This document shows positions 1-10,042 of a stretch of 64,000 nt of DNA, piece after piece. The translations under genes and the position numbers were made by a program. How positions within the stretch are numbered: the stretch's first letter is position 1; each line of letters begins with the position of its first letter. The notes beneath the pieces were generated by a model. That model did not search any database and had not been told where the DNA came from. It was given only the letters and a program-made list of their open reading frames with translations. The DNA comes from Candidatus Undinarchaeales archaeon. Lineage in GTDB: Archaea > SpSt-1190 > JASMDC01. The stretch covers positions 32,099-96,098 of the forward strand of contig JASMDC010000010.1 in NCBI GenBank assembly GCA_030753015.1, in the 5' to 3' direction.

Positions 1-3000
1 TCCCGTGGGTTCGGCGATGCGCTGGCCATCGGACATCAGGCACGGCCGGACATCTTCGCCCTGGACATACGCAAGCCACGACCGCTCTACGAGGACGTGG
101 TCGAGCTGGACGGGCGTATGGCCGCTGACGGTACGGAGCTCGCCCCCCTGGACCCCGAACAGGTCGAGCGGGAGCTGCGGGGTGTCCTCGACCGGGGTGT
201 CCGGTCCTTGGCGGTGGTCCTGCTCAACAGCTACCGCGACGACGCCCACGAACGGACGGTCGGCCAGGTGGCCCGCAGGCTCGGATTCGAGCAGGTGTCC
301 CTCTCCTCGGCCACAATGCGGGTCCAGAAGATGGTGGGCCGGGGCGATACCACCGTCGTCGACGCTTACCTCAATCCCGTGCTGCGTCGGTACGTAGAGC
401 GGGTGCGACGGGACACCGGTGACGTCCCGCTACGGTTCATGCGCTCCAGCGGGGGCCTGGTGGACGCCGGGAGCTTCACCGGCAAGGACGCGATCATCTC
501 GGGACCCGCAGGTGGTGTGATCGCAGCTTCCCAGGTCGCTGTGTCCTTGGGCATCGAGCGGGTCATCGGGTTCGACATGGGCGGTACTTCCACCGACGTC
601 TCCCGATACGAGGGGGGCCGGTGCGAGAAGGTGTACGAGACAGAGACCGCGGGGGTACGCATCCACGCGCCCATGGTGAACGTTGTGACAGTGGCGGCGG
701 GCGGCGGGTCCGTCCTGCACTTCGACGGTACGCGCCTGTCGGTGGGCCCCGATAGCGCCGGCGCCGATCCTGGACCGACCTGCTACCGCAACGGGGGGCC
801 ACTCACCGTGACGGACGCCAACCTCATGCTCGGCCGCATCCTCCCCCACCACTTCCCTATGGTGTTCGGCCCGGGGCACGACATGCCCCTCGATCCGGAC
901 ATCGTCCGCAAGCAGTTCGCCGAGCGCGCCGAGGAGGTCCATCGGGCCACGGGGCGTCGGATGAGCCCCGAGGAGGTGGCCGAGGGGTACCTACGCATCG
1001 CCAACGAGAACATGGTGCGACCCATCAAGTCCATCTCGGTGGCCAAGGGGTTCGATCCCCGTGACCACGTGCTCATGTGCTTCGGCGGCGCCGGGGCGCA
1101 GCACGCCTGTGCGATCGCCCGCGAGCTGGGGATGGACCGGATCGTGCTCCACCCGCTGGCGGGGGTACTCTCGGCCTACGGGATGCTCCTGGCGGACGTG
1201 CTCCACGAGGACGCGAGGGCCGTGCTCCTCCCCTTGGAGGACGCTTCGGCCCAGGCCATTGAGGAGGCCTTCGCGGACATGGAGCTGGTGCTCACCGAAC
1301 GCGTGGCGGCCGACGGCATCAGACCGGACTGGACCACGATCCGGCGGTTCGCCGACGTTCGTCCCCGGGGCGCCGACACCAGCGAGACCGTACCCTACGA
1401 CGGGATCGACGCGTGTCGGGATACCTTCTCCGCTGCCTATCGGCGCCACTACAGCTTCGAGCCACCGGTCGACCGGCTCGAGCTGGTCACCCTCCGGGTG
1501 GAAGCGGTGGGTGAGCGGCCCAAGCCCGCTGAGCCCGAGAGAGAACAGGTCCGCCGTGAGCTGGGACCGGACGACGCGCTTGAGGTCGCTCGCTCCTGCT
1601 TCCGGGGCATCTGGTATGACGCGCCCGTCTACCGGCGGGACGACCTGCGGCCCGGCGACACGCTCCACGGCCCGGCCATCATGGTGGAGGACACGTCGAC
1701 CATCGTCGTGGAACCCGACTTCGCGGCATCGGTGAACGCCCGGGGACACGTTGAGCTGTACCAGGTGGAACGCCCCCCGCGCGGAGAGGAGGGGACTGCG
1801 TGCGATCCGGTGCTCTTGGAGGTGTTCTCCAACCTGTTCGCCTCGGCAGCGGAGCAGATGGGGAGCGCGCTCCAGCGGACGGCCCACTCGGTGAACATCA
1901 AGGAGCGGCTAGACTTCTCCTGCGCGGTGTTCGACGCAGAGGGAGGGATGGTAGCCAGCGCCCACCACATCCCCGTCCACCTGGGGGCCATGGGCGCGTC
2001 CGTGCGTAACGTGCTGGCGGCCGTTGGCACCACTATGGGGCCGGGTGACGTGTACGTCACCAACGATCCCTTCCACGGTGGCTCGCACCTCCCGGACGTC
2101 ACGGTGGTCACGCCCGTGTTCGCCGGGAACGGGCAGCTACTCTTCCTCGTGGCCAGCCGGGGACATCACGCGGACATCGGAGGGACGACTCCCGGATCCA
2201 TGCCGCCGGACGCTACCTGCCTGGAGCACGAGGGCGTGGTCATCGAGTGCTTCCGACTCGTGGCCGAGGGACGGTTCGACGAGGAGGGCATCACCGGGCT
2301 CCTTTCGTCGGGGCCGTACCCTGCACGCAACCTCCGCGAGCGCCTGTCCGACCTCAGGGCACAGGTGGCGGCGAACGCAACGGGTGTACGTGAACTGCAG
2401 CGCCTGGTGGCCGACCACGGGCTGGGGACGGTCCAGGCCTACATGGGCCACGTGCTCGCCCACGCTGACCAGGTCATGCGACGCGCCATCGGCAGGCTCC
2501 CTGACGGCGCGCATACCGCTACGGACCGGCTCGATGATGGCACTGTGCTACACGTGACCGTCACAGTCGACGGTGACGAGGCGGTAGTGGACTTCGATGG
2601 GACCGGGCCACAGCATCCGGGTAACCTCAACGCACCGCCGGCAGTGGCGATGGCCGCGGTGCTCTACGTGTTCCGCACCCTGGTGGACGAGGATGTACCT
2701 CTCAACGAGGGATGCCTGCGCCCGCTGTCGGTCCGCATCCCCGAGGAGTGCGTGCTCAATCCCCGACCGGGGGCGGCGGTGGCCGGCGGGAACGTGGAGA
2801 CCTCCCAGCGCGTGGTGGACGTGCTCTATCGGGCGCTTGGGACCGTGGCGGCCAGCCAGGGCACCATGAACAACCTCACCTTCGGCCCCGAGGACGGTGA
2901 GTACGGCTACTACGAGACCATCGCCGGCGGAGCGGGGGCCGGACCCGGGTTCAACGGTGCCAGCGCGGTCCACACCCATATGACCAACACGCGCATCACT

Positions 3001-3339
3001 GATCCCGAGGTGCTGGAGCAGCGGTATCCCGAGGTACGTGTGGAGGCGTTCTCCATCCGCCGGGGATCGGGGGGCGGTGGGCGGTACCGGGGCGGCGACG
3101 GAGTCGTCCGAAGGCTGCGGTTCCTGGTGCCATGTCGTGTGTCCATCCTCTCCGAGCGTCGACAGGTCGCGCCCTACGGGCTCGCAGGCGGCGGGGACGG
3201 TGCCACCGGAGAGAACCTCCTGATCCGTGCGGACGGCACCGAGGAGCGGCTCGGCGGCCGGGCCAGCGTATCGGTCTCGCTCGGCGACCAACTGGTGGTA
3301 AGGACGCCGGGTGGCGGCGGTTGGGGCGTAACGATTTAA
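1..3339 (+). CDS. 5-oxoprolinase / fused hydantoinase A+B (ATP-hydrolysing), 5'-truncated by the window edge
   Basis: Frame is open from base 1 ([19 protein letters not shown]). Motifs [68 protein letters not shown]. Confidence 0.93.
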   Translation, partial: SRGFGDALAIGHQARPDIFALDIRKPRPLYEDVVELDGRMAADGTELAPLDPEQVERELRGVLDRGVRSLAVVLLNSYRDDAHERTVGQVARRLGFEQVSLSSATMRVQKMVGRGDTTVVDAYLNPVLRRYVERVRRDTGDVPLRFMRSSGGLVDAGSFTGKDAIISGPAGGVIAASQVAVSLGIERVIGFDMGGTSTDVSRYEGGRCEKVYETETAGVRIHAPMVNVVTVAAGGGSVLHFDGTRLSVGPDSAGADPGPTCYRNGGPLTVTDANLMLGRILPHHFPMVFGPGHDMPLDPDIVRKQFAERAEEVHRATGRRMSPEEVAEGYLRIANENMVRPIKSISVAKGFDPRDHVLMCFGGAGAQHACAIARELGMDRIVLHPLAGVLSAYGMLLADVLHEDARAVLLPLEDASAQAIEEAFADMELVLTERVAADGIRPDWTTIRRFADVRPRGADTSETVPYDGIDACRDTFSAAYRRHYSFEPPVDRLELVTLRVEAVGERPKPAEPEREQVRRELGPDDALEVARSCFRGIWYDAPVYRRDDLRPGDTLHGPAIMVEDTSTIVVEPDFAASVNARGHVELYQVERPPRGEEGTACDPVLLEVFSNLFASAAEQMGSALQRTAHSVNIKERLDFSCAVFDAEGGMVASAHHIPVHLGAMGASVRNVLAAVGTTMGPGDVYVTNDPFHGGSHLPDVTVVTPVFAGNGQLLFLVASRGHHADIGGTTPGSMPPDATCLEHEGVVIECFRLVAEGRFDEEGITGLLSSGPYPARNLRERLSDLRAQVAANATGVRELQRLVADHGLGTVQAYMGHVLAHADQVMRRAIGRLPDGAHTATDRLDDGTVLHVTVTVDGDEAVVDFDGTGPQHPGNLNAPPAVAMAAVLYVFRTLVDEDVPLNEGCLRPLSVRIPEECVLNPRPGAAVAGGNVETSQRVVDVLYRALGTVAASQGTMNNLTFGPEDGEYGYYETIAGGAGAGPGFNGASAVHTHMTNTRITDPEVLEQRYPEVRVEAFSIRRGSGGGGRYRGGDGVVRRLRFLVPCRVSILSERRQVAPYGLAGGGDGATGENLLIRADGTEERLGGRASVSVSLGDQLVVRTPGGGGWGVTI

Positions 3340-3362
3340 TCCTCATCCCCCTCCTGACGCCC

Positions 3363-3629
3363 GTGGTCATCGAGATCCGCAAACCGGGTGAGGGCGAGCT
3401 CAAAGAGCTAGGCATCGACGTCTGGGGCACCTGGGAGTGCGCCGTGTCCGAGTTCTCCTGGGAGTACACCGACCGCGAGACCTGCTACCTCTTCGAGGGC
3501 GAGGTCACCGTCACGTCCGACGATGGAGCGGTCACCTTCGGCGCTGGCGACATTGTGGTGTTCCCCAAGGGTCTGAAGTGCACGTGGAAGGTCACCAAGC
3601 CCGTGCGGAAGAAGTTCAGGTTCGGTTGA
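3363..3629 (+). CDS. Small cupin-domain protein (DUF861-like)
   Basis: GTG start chosen. WEC...FSWEYTDRETCYLFEGEV...GDIVVFPKGLKCTWKVTKPVRK is the typical small-cupin pattern. Confidence 0.85.
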   Translation: MVIEIRKPGEGELKELGIDVWGTWECAVSEFSWEYTDRETCYLFEGEVTVTSDDGAVTFGAGDIVVFPKGLKCTWKVTKPVRKKFRFG

Positions 3630-3689
3630 CGCTACCGCGCACGCGGCCCGTGAGGACATATAAAGCTTGGGCGCTCCCTGCGCCACGCC

Positions 3690-5270
3690 ATGCAGTCACT
3701 GGTGGCCTTAATCGCGCAGTTCAGGAGCAGTCATCTCGAGACCCTGCTGACCTCGGTCTGCCTCCTCCTTCTGCCTGTGCTGGTGCTCGCCGCCCGGCGC
3801 GAGCTAGCCACCTTGATCCCGCGTCGATCGAAACGCGAGATCGGGGCGCTCCTGCTCGTGCTGGCGGTGGCCCTGGCGCTGCGGGTCCATCCCATGGCCG
3901 ATCCCTTCCAACACCGTGTCTATTTCGATGAATGGGAATACATGGCCAACGCCCGGTCCATCCTCCTGGACGGACAGGCCTCGGTCTGTGTCCGGGGCAC
4001 CATCGAGCACTGTCTTCAGCCTGCCATATCGCCCAACAACAAGATAGGGTTCACGGTGCTCCAGGCGTTCGCGTTCTCGCTCGCGGGCATCTCCGAGCGC
4101 ACGGCCATGTATCTGACACTGGCCGCATCGGTCGCCTCGGTGGCCCTGGCCTGGCTCCTCGCCGCCACCCTGTTCCCTGGCGAACGGTGGTCGCCTCTAA
4201 CCGCCGCTGTGTTCCTGACGGTGCTCCCCCTACACATCAGGTACTCCACCTGCGCCGCCACGGAGTCTATGTCGCTCTTCTTCGGTGGCCTGGCCATGCT
4301 CGCGGGCCTGGCCGCCGCACATACACCTAGCAGGCGGACGCAGTACCTCGCCGCCGTGACCTTCATCCTCGCGGTGACCGTCCGGTACGAGAACGTGCTG
4401 CTCATCGTACCCCTCGCCCTGCTCCTCAGGAGGACGAGAGGAGCACGCGGACCGGCTGTGCTCACGGTGGTGCTTGTGTCGTCCTTCCTGCTCGCATACT
4501 TCTCATCGGTCAACGTGGACGACGCCACGCCCTTTACGACCTCGATCACCGTTCTTGCTCGGAGCGTGCGCGCCTCCGTCCCCCTGTGGCTCGGCAAGGA
4601 CCACCACCCCCTCCTCCTAACTGCGCTCGCGCTCATCGCCCTGTGGCAGGCGCCCCGAGACCGCTCACGCCTCCTTCTCCTGGCTTGGCTGGTGCCCTTC
4701 GTCATGCTCTATGCTCTCCACGACTGGCCCATGGATATCTGGGACCAGGACCGCCATATGCTCCAGGGGTACTTCCCCATCGTCCTGCTCGCGGCGGCCG
4801 GTGTGGACGCACTGAGGAAGTTCATGGGTGGGGGGAGCGACCGCTTCGTGGCCCTCGTGGCGCTTGTCATGGTGGCCAGCTCGCTCTCGCTCCTGACCTC
4901 CTGCCCCGGCCAGGGATGCAGGGACTACGTCGTTCGCGAGTTGGAGTTCGCCCTAGCGCATCGTGAGATCAGGCCGCAGTGCGTCATCGTTGCGCCGACA
5001 CCTGTGTTCATCAACTGGATATGGAAGCGCCGGGCCGTCTACTTCGAGCGCTTCGATGACGTGGACGACATCCTTGCAAGGGGCGAGTGCGCTATCCTCC
5101 ACGAGAACTTCTATTGTGATCCCGGAGAGCTTGGACCGGCAAAAGTGTACTGGCGGATCCCGGCGGTGTGCGATGCGTACCGTGAACGATACGACGTACG
5201 AACCATACTGGAGGACATCGACGGCCCCTATCCGATAAGGCTTTCGACCCTCTCGTCGAAGGGATCCTAA
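3690..5270 (+). CDS. Polytopic membrane glycosyltransferase, GT-C fold (ArnT/PMT-like)
   Basis: Many TM helices, YFDEWEY (DE) loop after the first helices, VRYEN motif. TATA-like TATAAA about 30 nt upstream. Confidence 0.7.
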   Translation: MQSLVALIAQFRSSHLETLLTSVCLLLLPVLVLAARRELATLIPRRSKREIGALLLVLAVALALRVHPMADPFQHRVYFDEWEYMANARSILLDGQASVCVRGTIEHCLQPAISPNNKIGFTVLQAFAFSLAGISERTAMYLTLAASVASVALAWLLAATLFPGERWSPLTAAVFLTVLPLHIRYSTCAATESMSLFFGGLAMLAGLAAAHTPSRRTQYLAAVTFILAVTVRYENVLLIVPLALLLRRTRGARGPAVLTVVLVSSFLLAYFSSVNVDDATPFTTSITVLARSVRASVPLWLGKDHHPLLLTALALIALWQAPRDRSRLLLLAWLVPFVMLYALHDWPMDIWDQDRHMLQGYFPIVLLAAAGVDALRKFMGGGSDRFVALVALVMVASSLSLLTSCPGQGCRDYVVRELEFALAHREIRPQCVIVAPTPVFINWIWKRRAVYFERFDDVDDILARGECAILHENFYCDPGELGPAKVYWRIPAVCDAYRERYDVRTILEDIDGPYPIRLSTLSSKGS

Positions 5271-6199
5271 ACGCCCGCTGCCTCGATGAGGCGGACTATC
5301 ATATCCTCGTAACCGACGGCCATGATGTGGGCACCAGCTGCCTTGGTCTTGCGGATGTCGGCCAGCAGGTCGCCGAAGAACTCGAGGTTGATCGCATCGT
5401 AGGCCTGATGTTGCTGGTCACGGGTGAGGTTGCGGGCTGTGCGCAGCCGGTCCATGAGCTCCTCGGGGATGGACACGCCCGGTACGCAGGCATCGAACCC
5501 CTCAGCAGCGGCGAAGGAGCGCAGGGGGAGCAGGCCGATGAGGATTGGGATGGTGACACCCTTGTCGCGTGCCATATCCAGGAACCGGTCGACGGTCTCC
5601 ATGTCGAACACCGCCTGTGTCTGGGCGAACCGTGCGCCCGCAATCTGCTTGCGCACCAGCTTGAGGACCTCGGGCTCAAGGGGATCGGCGTTTGGATTGG
5701 CAGCAACGCCCACGAAGAGCCGGGGCGGCCCCTCGATGGGATTTCCCTCCAGATCGCACCCTTCCTCATCCATGCGGGAAATCATGTCCACGAGCTGGGT
5801 CGAGTCCAGGTCGTATACCGGCATGGTGCCCGGGAGGTCGCCCAGGGACGTGTGGTCGCCGGTGATGGCCAGGACGTTGCGCAGTCCCAGGGCCCATGCG
5901 CCCAGGAGGTCCGACTGGAGCGCCAGCCGGTTGCGGTCCGAGCACCGGAGGTGACATACCGTCTCGACCCCGGTCTCGCGTTCGATGATGTGGGACGCTG
6001 CGATGCTGCTCAGGCGCCCCATGGACTGGCAGTTGTCGGGGACGTTGCACGCCACAACCGAGCCTTTGACCTTCCTGGCCGCCTTGATGAGCCGGGCGAC
6101 GTCGGTGGAGCGAGCGGGCTCCAGCTCCCCTGTGAACGTGAACGTACCCTCGGCAAGGGCGACGGAGAGGGCGCTGTCCAGGGATTTCTCAGCGCTCAT
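5267..6199 (-). CDS. metF: Methylenetetrahydrofolate reductase
   Basis: ELEP, CSDRNRLALQSDLLGA, LAITGDH, FAQTQAVFD motifs. ATG at 6199 overlaps the upstream stop (ATGA). Confidence 0.9.
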   Translation of the reverse strand: MSAEKSLDSALSVALAEGTFTFTGELEPARSTDVARLIKAARKVKGSVVACNVPDNCQSMGRLSSIAASHIIERETGVETVCHLRCSDRNRLALQSDLLGAWALGLRNVLAITGDHTSLGDLPGTMPVYDLDSTQLVDMISRMDEEGCDLEGNPIEGPPRLFVGVAANPNADPLEPEVLKLVRKQIAGARFAQTQAVFDMETVDRFLDMARDKGVTIPILIGLLPLRSFAAAEGFDACVPGVSIPEELMDRLRTARNLTRDQQHQAYDAINLEFFGDLLADIRKTKAAGAHIMAVGYEDMIVRLIEAAGV

Positions 6200-6840
6200 A
6201 TGCCCTCGACCCCCGTGCGCGGGTGACGTTCGGACCGCCAATCCCGTGGTGGCTCCACACGCAACAGCTGTCCTGCACGTCCGAGCGCTGACAGCCGGCG
6301 CCAGATGAGCACCCAGACACAAGGAATTGCCTGTACATCGACCTCGCACATGCCGTCGACCTGGCCGCCGCAGGGGCCATTGAGCAAGCCCTTGGGACAC
6401 CGGGCCAGTGGGCAAAGCCCGGCCGTGCGGTCCACGAAGCAGTCACCGCAGGCATGACAGCCCTCGAGCACCGTATCCTCCTCCTCGCCCTTGTACCCGA
6501 TGAGCATGGTGTCCGCTGCCGGCAGGACTATGTGGTCGGGGAAAGCGGTCGCCAGTGCCTGGAGGCCTGCCCCACAGGCCGTCGAGAGGATGAGCTGGTG
6601 CTTGCCAGGCTCGAGGCGGTCCCCAACGAGAGCGAGATCGCACTGCCGGGGAACGGCGGTGACATCGATGGTGAGCTTGTCCTCGTCGGTGGTCAGTGAC
6701 TCGGCGAGGGCCTCGGCCTCCTTTGTGCCTCCGGTGCGGTGCACGGCGGTGCACGCGTTGCACGCGACGACAAGGACGGACGTGGCGTCACCAAGCATGT
6801 CCTTGAGCCTACGCTGTTCCTTGAGCCTGGTAAGGATCAT
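6196..6840 (-). CDS. metV: MetV-like Cys-rich MTHFR partner subunit
   Basis: CNAC...GG, RQCD, CGAGLQ, CHACGDC, CPLARCPKGLLNGPCGG, CVW motifs; translationally coupled to metF. Confidence 0.85.
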   Translation of the reverse strand: MILTRLKEQRRLKDMLGDATSVLVVACNACTAVHRTGGTKEAEALAESLTTDEDKLTIDVTAVPRQCDLALVGDRLEPGKHQLILSTACGAGLQALATAFPDHIVLPAADTMLIGYKGEEEDTVLEGCHACGDCFVDRTAGLCPLARCPKGLLNGPCGGQVDGMCEVDVQAIPCVWVLIWRRLSALGRAGQLLRVEPPRDWRSERHPRTGVEGI

Positions 6841-6958
6841 GGCCGCTATCCCGGAAGTCGTTGCAGGTATTTAAAGGTGTGGTCGCCGCAGGCCTGGCGC
6901 ACCCAAACCAATATAATCACTGACGTCCTCTAATTATCCACACCTGGTGATACCTCCC

Positions 6959-7687
6959 ATGCACACGGAGCCCATCGTTGTGGAAGGCAGGACCTACGCG
7001 GTCCGCATCCATCTTGAGAGCCGCCGCAACTGCCGTGTGTCCGTGGGGAAGCAGGGGGTGAGCATCCGGATGCCGCGGTGGATGCCCCGGGCAGACAAGG
7101 AGTGGCATCTAGTGGAGCTCCGGGCTTGGGCCGTCGAACGCATCACCAGGGAGCCCGAGCGGTTCGCCCCACGGCGCGGACGAGAGTACCACGACGGCCA
7201 CGTGCTGCGTGCGGCCGGTGAGGAGTACGTTGTCCGCCTCAACCTCGAGGAGCGGCGTACGTCCTCAGGCCGGATACGCGGGAACGAGCTACATCTACAC
7301 CACCCCTGGCGTCTCCCGACGGACGAGCTCAGAACGCGAAGCGCCACGGTGGTAAGCCGCCTGCTGGCGGACCGGCACCTACCCCGGGTGAGGGACCTCG
7401 TCGACCGGCTCAATCGGGAGCACTTCCAGGCGAAAGTGAACCAGGTCCGCCTCAAGCACCAGCGCTCCCGATGGGGCTCGTGTTCCTCACGTGGGAACAT
7501 CAACCTCTCCACCCGGCTCCTCATGGCGCCCCCGGACGTGCTGGAGTACGTCATAGTCCATGAGCTCGCCCATCTGAAGGTACGCAAGCACGATCGGAAG
7601 TTCTGGCAGCTCGTGGAGCGGGTGGTGCCCGACTACAAGGAGAAGGTCGCCTGGCTGCGCGAGCACGGACGCGAGTGCGACCTCTAA
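6959..7687 (+). CDS. YgjP/DUF45 (M48/SprT-like) zinc metallohydrolase
   Basis: RSRWGSCS, INLSTRL, YVIVHELAHL...HDRKFW motifs. Confidence 0.88.
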   Translation: MHTEPIVVEGRTYAVRIHLESRRNCRVSVGKQGVSIRMPRWMPRADKEWHLVELRAWAVERITREPERFAPRRGREYHDGHVLRAAGEEYVVRLNLEERRTSSGRIRGNELHLHHPWRLPTDELRTRSATVVSRLLADRHLPRVRDLVDRLNREHFQAKVNQVRLKHQRSRWGSCSSRGNINLSTRLLMAPPDVLEYVIVHELAHLKVRKHDRKFWQLVERVVPDYKEKVAWLREHGRECDL

Positions 7688-7693
7688 AGGGAC

Positions 7694-9598
7694 TTAGAGC
7701 ATAGCAATGCGGTCGGGGGACGGGCGGTACACCATCCCCTCGACAGACAGTCGCTCCACGGCCTTTGATAGCACGCCCTCGGGGATGCCCTTGCCCTCGG
7801 CGGCCGCGATGAGTTCGTCGAGCCCCACTTCACCACCATTTCGGTGGAGATGGATCATCACCCAATGAACAACACGGTTCATGGCGGGGCCCACCTGCTC
7901 GGGCTCCTCGCGCAAAGCGTCTGCAGGTCCCGATGGTGCGTCCCGTGCGGAGGGCCGTGTACCGCTCTTCAGCCGGAACCGTGCATCCCGCTCCCGCACG
8001 GTCCACCCAGGTGGCTCGGAGATGGGCGACCGCTCGAGCTTGAGGTCCAGTTCACCATACAGCCGGGAGACGATGCCCTTCATCCGGCGCTCCCGTCCCT
8101 GGCTGGCCCAGGCATACGCGACGTCCACCGTCCCTCGGCTGAGTAGGATGTCCACCGCGCCCGAGTGCTTCCGGCCGGTGCGGCCCCTTCGCTGGATGAG
8201 CCTGATCTCCGAGGGGATGGGCTCGTAGAACACCACCCGGTTCACAGCTGGGATGTCCAGTCCTTCCTCCGCGATGGACGTTGCGACCAGCACGTTGTGC
8301 TCGCCGGCAGCGAACTGTTGGATCCGCTCGGCCTGCTCGTTCTGAGATAGACCGGCGGAGCCCTCGCGGCTCGCCTGGCCAACGAAACGGATGGCGCGTG
8401 CACCGGGCACGTCTGCCAGGGCCTCGACGATGCGATCGACCGTGTCCCTGAACTGGGCGAACACGATGATGCGAGAGGCCGGTTCGTTTGCCAGCTCCTG
8501 CTCCACGAGACCTGCCAGCGCACCGAGCTTGGGATGGGGGATGTGCTCCCACCGCTTGGCCAGGGCCACGAGCTCCTTGAAGCGGGGGTCCTGGCAGAGG
8601 CGCTGTGCCGTCTTGGAGGTCTTGCGCCCCACCTCCCCAAGGAAGCGTACGAGCACCGTGATGTCCTGTGTGGTGAGCACCTCGAGTGCATGCATGAGCG
8701 ACATGGCCGTGGCCTGGAGCCCAAGCTGCCAGTACACGGGACCCGTCTCCCCCGCGGCCAGCCGCGCTTGGAGCTTGCGTCCCAGCTCCAGGATCTCGCC
8801 TTTGGTGACGCGGCCGTCCTTGCCGCGGGGCGGTCCGAGCACATCCAGCCGGCGAAGACGTACGATCACGTCATCCAGCAGTGAACGGATGAGGTCCGCC
8901 AAGTGCTCGTAGTGGCGAGGGAGGTCGACATGATGGTACCGTTTCTCAATAGACTGGATGTAGGGGGCCACGTCCTCGTCCTCGTCGGAGCGGAACTCTA
9001 TGGTCTCGATGGAAAGTGCGTCACACAGGTCCTGGATACGCTCACGGGTGCTGCCGGGGGATGCCGTCAGGCCCAGGACGCGAGGATCGGAGCAGGTCTC
9101 TATGTAGCGTCGGGCGATCTCGGTGTAGGCATAGCTGGCCCGGGCACGATGTGCCTCGTCGAACACGACCAGTACACAGTTGGAAAGGTCGTACCGACCG
9201 GTCCGTAGGTCATTGCGCACCGTCTGCGGTGTGGCGAAGACCACCCTGGACGCGTCCCACACGATACGACGGACCGCCTGGGGAACCCTGCCGGTGAGCA
9301 TACCAACGGCCTCCACGGGGACGTCACTGTTCAGGAACTGGGTGAAGGAGCGCCGGTGCTGGTCGACCAGGGGCACGGTGGGAGCGAGCACGAGCACTTT
9401 ACCCCATGGGTATTGATCGAGACGCTCCACGGCGACCATGAGGCTGATGACCGTTTTCCCAAGGGCGGTCGGGAGGATGACCAGCGTGTTGCCGTGCTTG
9501 CAGCTGGCCGTGATGCTGCGCTGGTAGAGCCGGTCCTCGATGGTGCCCCGCTTCAGCAGGCGGTGGTCAACGTATGCGGGCACCTCCTCGGCCTCCAT
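7694..9598 (-). CDS. Hef/FANCM-like SF2 helicase with C-terminal winged helix and no ERCC4 nuclease domain
   Basis: IEDRLYQ, LPTALGKT, DEAH, GLTASPG, ATSIAEEGLDIP, QRRGRTGR motifs. The 634-aa protein ends in a ~60-aa wHTH-like segment. Confidence 0.88.
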   Translation of the reverse strand: MEAEEVPAYVDHRLLKRGTIEDRLYQRSITASCKHGNTLVILPTALGKTVISLMVAVERLDQYPWGKVLVLAPTVPLVDQHRRSFTQFLNSDVPVEAVGMLTGRVPQAVRRIVWDASRVVFATPQTVRNDLRTGRYDLSNCVLVVFDEAHRARASYAYTEIARRYIETCSDPRVLGLTASPGSTRERIQDLCDALSIETIEFRSDEDEDVAPYIQSIEKRYHHVDLPRHYEHLADLIRSLLDDVIVRLRRLDVLGPPRGKDGRVTKGEILELGRKLQARLAAGETGPVYWQLGLQATAMSLMHALEVLTTQDITVLVRFLGEVGRKTSKTAQRLCQDPRFKELVALAKRWEHIPHPKLGALAGLVEQELANEPASRIIVFAQFRDTVDRIVEALADVPGARAIRFVGQASREGSAGLSQNEQAERIQQFAAGEHNVLVATSIAEEGLDIPAVNRVVFYEPIPSEIRLIQRRGRTGRKHSGAVDILLSRGTVDVAYAWASQGRERRMKGIVSRLYGELDLKLERSPISEPPGWTVRERDARFRLKSGTRPSARDAPSGPADALREEPEQVGPAMNRVVHWVMIHLHRNGGEVGLDELIAAAEGKGIPEGVLSKAVERLSVEGMVYRPSPDRIAML

Positions 9599-9668
9599 GG
9601 TTGACGGATGGTCATGTATGTATTAAGGTGTTATGGTGGGGCCGTGCCGCTATTCTGAGAAAGTAGTC

Positions 9669-9697
9669 ATAGCGGGGTCGTCCTGCGACCCCGCTAT
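9669..9697. terminator. Perfect 12-bp stem hairpin downstream of the histone gene
   Basis: ATAGCGGGGTCG-TCCTG-CGACCCCGCTAT lies 26 nt past the histone stop; the function is inferred. Confidence 0.45.
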
Positions 9698-9723
9698 CGA
9701 TACACCTGGTCCTATCGGGATTA

Positions 9724-9927
9724 TCAGGTCCGGAGGGCCAGCTTGATGTCCTTGGCCATAACGGTCTTGCGGCCGCTGTGCCGGGCGATCTGGTTCGCCT
9801 GGTCGGCGACCTCCATGGCATACTCCTCGAGGATCTCTTGCAGGGCCTGAACGCCGCTAACAGCGACGCGCTTGGCGCCAGCGTTCTTCATAAGGCGCGC
9901 AACGGCAGCGAAAGGCAGTTCTGACAT
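9724..9927 (-). CDS. Archaeal histone (HMf family), 67 aa
   Basis: MSELPFAAVARLMKNAGAKRVA...ARHSGRKTVMAKDIKLA. An A-tract followed by TTATAAAT lies upstream on the minus strand. Confidence 0.95.
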   Translation of the reverse strand: MSELPFAAVARLMKNAGAKRVAVSGVQALQEILEEYAMEVADQANQIARHSGRKTVMAKDIKLALRT

Positions 9928-10042
9928 AATCTCACCGGCTTTCACAAACAGATTCCAATTTATAAGAATTTCCTTTTTTTCGCAAAAAAAGGCCGAATCG
10001 TGCCTCTTTCTCCAGAATACCCGCACAGAACGTCCCCGGGGC

